A stretch of DNA of 58,860 nt, counting the filler, from Sphacelaria rigidula (lineage: Eukaryota), in assembly GCA_964200075.2 (NCBI GenBank). It is 7 parts of 7 records of this genome, joined end to end, with 100 filler letters (N's around TTAATTAATTAA, not from the genome) between each part and the next. Parts side by side here need not be neighbours in the genome. Positions count along the whole stretch, not along the records: positions 50,539 to 58,860 come from CAXNAA020011525.1; 6 more parts are not named here. One strand, 5' to 3'. The notes below the pieces were generated by a model. The model was not told where the DNA came from. It saw only the letters and a program-made list of their open reading frames with translations, and did not search any database. The translations under genes were made by a program, and so were the position numbers. The number at the start of each line of letters is the position of its first letter. Within the stretch, counting starts at the first letter, position 1. Positions 50,917 to 58,860 of the stretch are shown here, piece after piece.

Positions 50917-51669
50917 TTAGTCAAGCAAAGCTAAAAGTGCTTCTTCGGTTTCAGCAAAAGAGAAAACTTTGTCCACCCACACTTTACAATCTAGACCTCG
51001 CGAGATGTCAGTCGGCACACTTTGGAAATACGCCGTGGCGTTCAACACGCCCTGCGGGACACGAGTAGGCGTAAACAAACCGTCCGGCGTGACGATCGTG
51101 AGGATGTCCTGAGCCTCCGGCGCTAGAGGCACCTGCCAATACCCCTGTAGCAGGTCCAACTTGCCGAAGCATTGGGCTACCAGCAACTCCCGCACGTCTT
51201 CTTGGCTTGGCATCACCCCCAGAGACTGTTCCACTTGCGCGTTCACCGCCTGATAGTCGCTGACCAAATGGAATGTGTCACTTTTCGGCACCGCCATCGC
51301 CGGGCTCGCCCACTCAGCTTGGATGTTCCTCACCACTAAACCAAACGCCACCAAAGCTGCGATGCATGAGGCACACCACCCGGTCTTCACCGGATCGTAC
51401 CGTCTGGTCTTGGCCTTCACCGCATTTGCCTGGGGCTTAAGCTGCACCCTCATGGGCTCAACGCGCGCTGGCGGATCACCACGCAGCGCACGGCGAAATG
51501 TATCTATGCGACGAGCCAAAATATCGCGCAGACAATGTGCGCCATCGGTGCTCAGACCCTTCTGCTCGGCCTGCCGCATACTATCCTCAAGCGCACGTGT
51601 CCGTGAACATATCCGGCCTCCGATCAACCAAGCGCTCCACCGCTTCATCAGCAGGATCCTCGTCCTCAT
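50917..51669 (-). pseudogene. Gypsy reverse transcriptase fragment
   Basis: Canonical Gypsy RT motifs with the catalytic motif mutated, followed by a stop. Confidence 0.9.
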
Positions 51670-53623
51670 TTTCGCTCTGGAATGACCGTATGGATACGAT
51701 CACACGCCTTGCAGCAAGGCAACTGGGCTTTTCCACGCCGGTTTGCACCGGCACAGCACGCGGACGTAACTTCTCCAACGCCAGCGGATATAAATCAATC
51801 CCAAGCTCCTTGATTGTCACCATCCCAAATAGAACCACGTTTTCCCTACCGGGCATGACAGCGAAAGTAATGGGCTGCAACTGCACAGCCCCCCACGACG
51901 TACCCACGCGAACAGTAATTAATTGGTACCTTTTCGTGTGTAACCGTCACGGGAGCACCCGTGGCGGTCTGCGTCGTTTGCGGTCCGTTTTCAAAGGGAA
52001 TCTGAAGCTGAGCGCCGCCAAACTGCGAAGAAATTTGCTCAAGCAACCCCACACCGATCGATGTGAGAACGAACCCAAAATCCAGAATAACGCGGGCCAT
52101 GAACGAACCTACAGAACCAGGCAAGGCTAAATCTGCGCGTAAGCATGCAGCCTTGCGATCGACAGGTACCAAGCCTGCCGGAGAACCCTGTTCTGTCCCA
52201 AGAGTCACCTGATGTCAGGGCTGCCCTCCAGCACTTGGCATCGGTAGCTGCGAATCGTCGGTCCAACCAGACCAAGTCGCCGAATATGCAGACGGTGCTA
52301 TTACAGCTGTCGCAGCCGTAGGGAATGCACCAGACACGGATCATGCCTGGCCGAGGGGTTGTGAGCTATTCGCTCCAGCACTCCCCACCGGAGTATTTGC
52401 ATTTCCCACGTGCACTATTCGCCCTGCTACGGGCGAACCATAAGATTCAGAGTCACCACCTGACGGCGAGTTGGAAGAAACAGCAGCGGAGGAACCACCA
52501 TCCACCGCCGATTGCTTGCTACCGCGGCGCGCGCCCGCGTCCCTGATTGGCAAGGCCCCGTCCACCGTGACAACCGCCCCGAGATCCTGATAAACCTCGT
52601 GCATTGCCCTGTGCCGCGCCTTGAGCACGAGATTTGAGGCAGTCCTTGATCATATGTCCGGTGTTGCCGCAGTTGTAACCCGCGCGAGTGGACGACTCTC
52701 GCGAAGACGGCCGCTGTCTCTGTTTCTGTTGCTGTTTGCGACGCATACCACCTGCACCTGTTGCAGAGTTGCGCCGGCCATGTGCTTCAATAAACTTCCA
52801 CTGGTCGACCGCCTCGAATATGTTTTTGAACGCCACCGTCGGGTTTGTTTCCAGCCGTCAACATACGATAGTACACTTCTGATATACGCCTTGGATTCCG
52901 GGGGCGAAATCCCCTCCACGAAAGCTATGGAAACCGACTCGGCCGGGCCAGGCAACCACTCCTGTCCTCCGCACGGCACCTTGCTTGCACCATCAGACTC
53001 TGTGCAAAACACCATTCCATATCTGAGCTAACCATCACAGCACGATCCTTCACGGACTTTCCATCGCTTTGCTTCATTGTAAGTACCTTACGCAGGTCTG
53101 CTGCAGCCCGCGTAGCGTCATGCTTTCCACCGGTTGTAGTACCCCCGGCATGCTGCTTGACAGCATCAAGCAATTCATCGGGGGTCAAAGCTCGACCGTC
53201 CTTGTACATGTCTTCGAAGCAGCGGTGAATGTAGACAGGAATGAGTTGCCTATGCTTACTCTTTCATGCCGTATAATTCCTTCTGCTTTCGCTAGACTCC
53301 ACCGCTGTATGTATTCAATGTATCTTGCAATTAGGACCCGTAATGCTTCCTCGGTCCACACTTCACCATACTTTGGCGGCTGTAGTGACTCACCCTACAC
53401 CAGCGGCGCTGCCGCCGCTTGAGCCACGTCGTCTATGCTTCAAACACTTCACGGAGAGACTCTTGCCTGACTTGTGCGTCCTCCAGCTCACGGAGCGTCC
53501 CCCTCTGCTGTGCGCTTCAAGCTGGTCTCCTCCTGTCTGCGGGCTGAACTGGCTCTAAGCTGCAGCCCACTTTTCCCCGCCTAAATTCTCCAACAGAGTG
53601 CCGGAAGAATAAAATCTAGTTAT

Positions 53624-53881
53624 TGTAGCCTCTACCAGACGATCTGGACAAGTGGACTATTCACGAGGGATTCCTCCAGTAGCACTGGCCGCGTGCTCGA
53701 CAAGTCCTTTCTTCTCACTTGTTATTATCACGGAGTGATCCAGAAACAGACCACATCACGACCTAACAGCAAGGGGCCACACAGATAAGGGTAATCAATC
53801 CTGGATCCCCTGTCCTCTACTACTGCTCTAATCATGTGTACGATTATACTGAAACCTACGGCTTGGTATCATTTGGCTACA
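53624..53881 (-). repeat. 5' LTR of Gypsy B (258 bp)
   Basis: Bounded by the 7-bp inverted termini tgtagcc and ggctaca, upstream of gag. The same ends occur at 28676-28715. Confidence 0.85.
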
Positions 53882-55132
53882 CTTTATGAGTCAAGAAAAA
53901 CCATAGTTTTCGCTGCTTTGAGGATAGATTCTTGCAGCTGTAATACAGGTTTGTCTGGGTGGGTTAGTGTCATGAGAACGCATATTAGCCTGTTGCCATG
54001 CCGCCTCAGATCCGTTGATGATTCCGGCTTTATATTGCATTTCTGGTTATTAATAAGACTGCAGGTCTGTTCAGAGTTGGTCAGGTACGAGTGTGAAGTT
54101 GTATATGTCAGAGATGATCATGGCTTCGGTGTGCCTTTGCACAGCCGAGCCACCCTACCATCACGACCGCATCTACACCCCTCTCCCAGCAAAGAAGTCT
54201 AACACCGGTGAGACTGATTGACTGAGCGTGAGATTGGATTGGTTGATTGGATACTAGAAGGTTGAGACCAAGAAATAAAGAAGAGATATTGCCTACGCGT
54301 GACACTTTGGTATCCTGGACACGTCTGTGTGAGGATGGTATACAGTGTGAGAGTACACTGAACAGTACCTTGTGGCTTGGCCGTACGGTCTATTGGCTGT
54401 TCACTTGCCTTGCCTAGTGAGCCTGTGCTTGCCATAAACAGCATCGTCACCCCATTACAGGTGCCTTCCCTGTGGTGTAAATCTGACGTCGGCAACCCAA
54501 AGTGAGGCATGTGGGGTCTACTGTTGTTGCTGCTGCTGCTGTGTGCTGCTGTGTGTTGCTGTCTCTCCCTTTCTCTCTCTCTCCTGACTTCCCTCTTGTA
54601 AGCCAACAGCCAAGTGTGTGTATTGTGTGCTGAGTGTGCTCTCCCACTATGTGTGTGTCCATTAAAACACCAAGGAGAAGCCGGTCATAGTGTACTGTAC
54701 TATCTGTACTGTACTGCACTGTCTGTACGTTCCATCTAAATAATCATGAAAGCCAAGCGACAACTGTTTCTTTTTTTCCTCCGTCGACCGAAACAATAAT
54801 GTAAATCTGGTCATGCATTATCGGAGTCGTACTTAACTGCAATCCAGCTGGCTAAAAGTTGCATATTGTAGAGGTTCGTCCCGATCCACAACCCTCATGT
54901 CTCACCACGCTCTGATCCTCCACTATGCTCCTCTTGTGAAAATGGAACACTTCTACTTCTCGAAGTATTCAATTTCCGCGATGGCAGGCAGATATGTAAA
55001 GCACAGCGTAGATGCGAACACACATGCACTGACTATGGAAAAGGTCTACACCTTTCCACGTCCGGAGCATTTCTCCACCCTGGAAGCACACCGCAAGCAA
55101 ATATAACAAACGATGCAATCCACTCTCAGGGT

Positions 55133-55422
55133 TGTAGAGTAGTCCACCTCTAGTACACGTACAGATGCATGAGGAGCTGCAGGTTGATGCATGAAGGTTT
55201 GGGTATGAACTTTGCATCATGATATTAGGTCAGGAGATATTCTCTGGAGTATGACTATAACCGCTTGACAGTATATGTGTTCAAGGAAGTGTGAGGTTAC
55301 TTCCGATAACGAAGACTGTGTGCTTGTGAACAACATCTGTCTTGGAGCCTCCAAGCCCAAGTGAGGGAGGAAGCCCTTGGAGCAGTCTTGCGACCATTTT
55401 TTGAGTTCAGGAGGGGTCTATA
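55133..55422 (+). repeat. 5' LTR of Gypsy C
   Basis: Starts tgtagagtagtccac and ends gtctata; homologous to 22882-23132. Confidence 0.7.
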
Positions 55423-57991
55423 ATGCACGTTTTTTCAGGGAACCCGCTGATTTCTGGTAAAGGTTTTTTCCGCTGCGGATAGTCTCTGCAACACAGTTTT
55501 TGTATTGTACACAGACAGGTGTGCAGTCTGTAACGCGAGGCAGCTCGTTGAAGCTCGTTGAACAGAGGGACGGCTATGTTGGCTGGAAGCATTGCGTGCA
55601 GCTAGAGAAGATTGGCAGCGCGCAAGAAAGGAGGTGGGAGCGATGCAGACGATGAGGTGACATTTAAATTTACTGAGCTTATGCCAGGTGGATCGCTAAA
55701 AGTACCGGAGTACGGACGGTATTTCAGAGAAGATGCCTCCAGTCAGTTTGGTTTTAAATATACGGATTACGAAGAAGCTCTTCAATTGAGCAATAAGAGA
55801 CGTACAGTACAGGCCGCTTTATTGACCGTGACAGAGCTCGTGCCTAAGCACATTCGCGCGTGTTTGTCACGTACAATATTTGATGGATCGGTATTCGATG
55901 ATGAACATCTGAAGGAAGCACTAGGCCGACATGCAAAATCTTGGATTGATACAAACATCGATCCTTCAGTTGCTCCAGCGGGTGTACGGAAGGCGTTGGT
56001 CGCTCGCAACGAGCCGACTGCCATGGGTAAAATCGAGGAACAGTAGGGTGCCCTCGAGGAGTTTTTTGCCGAAAATGCGAGCATCGAGCGCGCGTTCCGC
56101 GAGGACAAGACGTTCAAAGCAAGATCCGCTCAAATAATTACGCGGGAATTGCTCGCCGGCATTTCCCCCCCTGGATTCAAGACAATAGTGCTCAACATGC
56201 TTCACATGAAGGGTGGGTGGAAAGGGAACCCTAGGCTCCGGTATGATACGGCTCGGGAAGCAGCAGAGGCATGGAAGACGGTAGAAGCGGCTGATAAACA
56301 CCACCGTCATCAGCCGCAGCTGAAACCGAAGAGCGGCAGCGGGACCTCCGGGTCCAAGCACGAACAGAATGGTGGAAAAATAGCGACCACTGGCAGCGAG
56401 ACTGCTAGTTCCGGGAAATCTCGGAAACCGGGCTCAAGCTATGCAGGTTGTTTCTTATGTGGAGACAAGGGCCGCTTCGTGAAGGATTGTAAGCAGCTAA
56501 GCCAAGCTGCTGCTCCACAACATACTGCAGGTGGGTAGTCGAAGGTCGGCGACACGCAGCAACAACAGCAGCAGCTGTCGCAGGGCCCTGGACCGGTGCC
56601 TCGAGGAGGGAGGAAGAGTCCTGCCGCTACAAGGGCTGTATTTTCAACCGATGGAGGGGGTGCTCCCAGCAGCAGTGGAGCGATGCTGCAGCCAGAACCG
56701 GTCATTTCTACTGGTGGCGTACAGCAGACCGTATCGGGGGGGAAAGGGGAAACAGTCCCGCGCTGGACATCTGAGTCGATGTCGTCGTGGAGATTGCTCA
56801 AATCGGGTGAGGTATTAGGTTTTCAATCTGAGGGTATACGCGTAGAAAGCGAGGAGAGATGGTGTCTCGCCGACTTGTTTGTACCGAGTGCAGGGGCACA
56901 GAGTGTTTCTCCGGTCAAGGCCATTTTGGACTCGGGATCTGGAATTACGATCATGTCAGTGGGTGTGGCGGCGAAATTACAAGCTATGGTTCCAGATGTT
57001 CAAGTGGTCCCACCGATGGTTGGTGAACAGCTGGTGAAAATGGTTAACGGTAATGTTGAGCGCGTGAAGCAGAAAACTTGTCCTGTCCTAACCGCTTCAC
57101 ACACCAGCTGGGGACCCGTTGTGCTGGACCCATGCTCATATGCGGTCATGCCGGGTACAGATGATGTGATAATTATGGGGAGCCCTACGCTGGAGGCGCT
57201 GGGAATTGACGTGTACAGTAGTCTAGGTGATTGTGCACGTGCAAGAAACACTTCGGTGCGAGGGGTAAAGACGCCTGATTTTACGGACTATCCGCGTGAC
57301 AGTATCGCAGTTGACGCTTTATAGCAACCAGGAGGTCGGGTGGAGCCCGTCAATTCCTCAGTCGAGCGGCTGTTGTCGAGAAGTCCGGCGATAAGCATAT
57401 CCTCGGAACAAGAGCTTGCTGAGCTTGATGTTGCGCCGGAGGAGGCGGTACAAGCCGATGCGGATAATGGCATATCGGAGACCGACGTGAGCCAGATTCG
57501 TGAGCCTGCACGGAACAGAACGAGCATTTTTTGGCGAGTGCTGCATGGTTATCCGCCTGCTCGCGTCGAGCCCTTGAAGGTGAAATGCAAACCTGTTGCT
57601 GTGGAGGCAAAGGCTCGGCCGAGGGCGTACTTTCCGGTCAGAATGGCGTGGTTGGCACGCTGCATCGCAACATTGGTGGCGCTCGGACTCGTGTTCTGCA
57701 GTTTGCAGGTAGTGTGGGCGAGAGTGGCGATTGCAACGCCCGAGAAGTCCTGTTTCCGCTGGATGAGTGCATACAAGGCGGAGGAGGAAGTTCCCCCATC
57801 TCCACAAGGAGGTGGTGCATGGTGCTCGCCCAGGGAAGGTTCTTCATTTCAATTTTCTCAGTGTTGGCAAGGGTGGTTCGCTGAGAGATAATCGCTTGGA
57901 CGAAGGAGATCCATTCAAGTACATATTAGTTAGGATGGCTGACCCAGGCGACTTCGTGCGGTTGGAGCCCGCGGAGTCTTGTACAGCGGCG

Positions 57992-58240
57992 GACACCTTC
58001 TACGATAGCCCCCCCCAAAAACCAGCTAAAAGTGTCACGAAACTCATGGCCATACAGCGCCTGATGGTCGGGTTCAGGCTGCATGAAGCGCCTCATATTG
58101 GTGACATTGGCTAGAACGTACTCAAGCGTGGGAATTCCCAGCTTCTCGTTGTGCTTGGCTTTTCCCATCTGGATTTACGTGAAGGTTTTGCCTCCCCAAA
58201 CCATGCACCTTTTGGGGGGGGGGCTATCGTAGAAAGTGTC
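57992..58240. mobile_element. GACAC-family MITE (249 bp) with 4-bp TSD GGCG
   Basis: TIR gacac(c/t)ttctacgatagcccccccc at both ends, flanked by ggcg on each side. Removing the element plus one GGCG restores the integrase frame (C-T-A-A-T-T-M). Confidence 0.93.
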
Positions 58241-58860
58241 GGCGACGACGATGAAGCATCTGTTGACACGGTGCAAAGCGCTGGGGCCGCAGGAGGGGTG
58301 GGTCAGCGATAGGGTATCCCAATATGAGAGTCGTGTGGTGAGAGTGCTCGAGAAGGCGCTGATGGATCGCAGATTCGTGGTGGCCAACTCGCGGTTGTCA
58401 CATCGTGATTGTGAGCGAACGATGCGTGACATTATTCGTACCCTTCAAGGTCAAAATGCAGGAAGGAAGACGCGAGGCTCATGCCTAGGTTGATTTGGCA
58501 CCTGCCGTGCAGCGGGAATTGAACACTGATTTCCGGGAAAGCTATGAGAGCTGTAGTTGTATCCCTATGATGCGAGTAGCGACTCTTCGAGTGGAAGTGC
58601 CGCTCTACGGTGTGGACAAGATAGTAGCCGGAGTGCTGCTGTTCCTCAGGAGGAGCGCAGGAGAAGTAGAAGGAAGGCATTAAACAGCAAATTGTGCGAA
58701 TTGAGGTTTAACTTCGAGATGAGGTTCAAGTGGGCAACCCGACTTGTGAACGTTTTGTAGTAGAAGTACCGAGGACAAGCTTACTCGGAAGAAGTTACTT
58801 GTGGAGGTGAACCCGTGATGCGTCATTTTCAGTATGTCCAAGAATCGATATGAGTTAATC

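Larger units (their letters stand above)
50686..53881 (-). mobile_element. Ty3/Gypsy retrotransposon B (LTR, gag, protease, RT), degenerate
   Basis: Zinc knuckle YNCGNTGHMIKDC, protease VILDFG, and RT WASPAMAVPK...SDYQAVN...KLDLLQGYWQVPL...RVPQGVLNATAYFQ...WVDK (altered YxDD). Confidence 0.92.
55133..58860 (+). mobile_element. Ty3/Gypsy retrotransposon C (gag, protease, RT start fused by deletion to integrase)
   Basis: Gag at 55612-56538 with CFLCGDKGRFVKDC. Protease KAILDSGSG. RT start PPARVEPLKV...VWARVAIATPEK. Integrase LHFNFLSVG...YILV...FVRLEPAESCTA and WVSDR...CERTMRDI. Confidence 0.92.

Overview
This is repeat-rich eukaryotic DNA, most likely from a brown alga (Phaeophyceae). That assignment is an inference from the repeat landscape and cannot be proven here. 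The window is not one locus: it is seven contigs of 8324, 8323, 8323, 8323, 8323, 8322 and 8322 bp, joined by identical 100-nt N spacers carrying TTAATTAATTAA, so nothing should be read across a spacer. No conserved housekeeping gene, rRNA, intact tRNA or CRISPR array is evident. Most of the recognisable content is decayed mobile DNA: a DIRS/Ngaro-type retroelement with an internal 27-bp tandem array, three Ty3/Gypsy elements with identifiable LTRs, an interrupted LINE, a probable PIF/Harbinger relic, hAT-like elements, several MITE families and tRNA-derived SINE-like heads. The best novelty candidate is an intact orphan ORF (34819-35763, minus strand) made of three copies of an unrecognised ~85-aa Trp/Gly-rich domain, with a probable fourth decayed copy downstream. 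Also notable are a 40-bp collapsed solo LTR with a perfect TSD, a GAC-ended MITE family found twice inside Gypsy pol, and a ~470-bp fold-back built from tRNA-like units.
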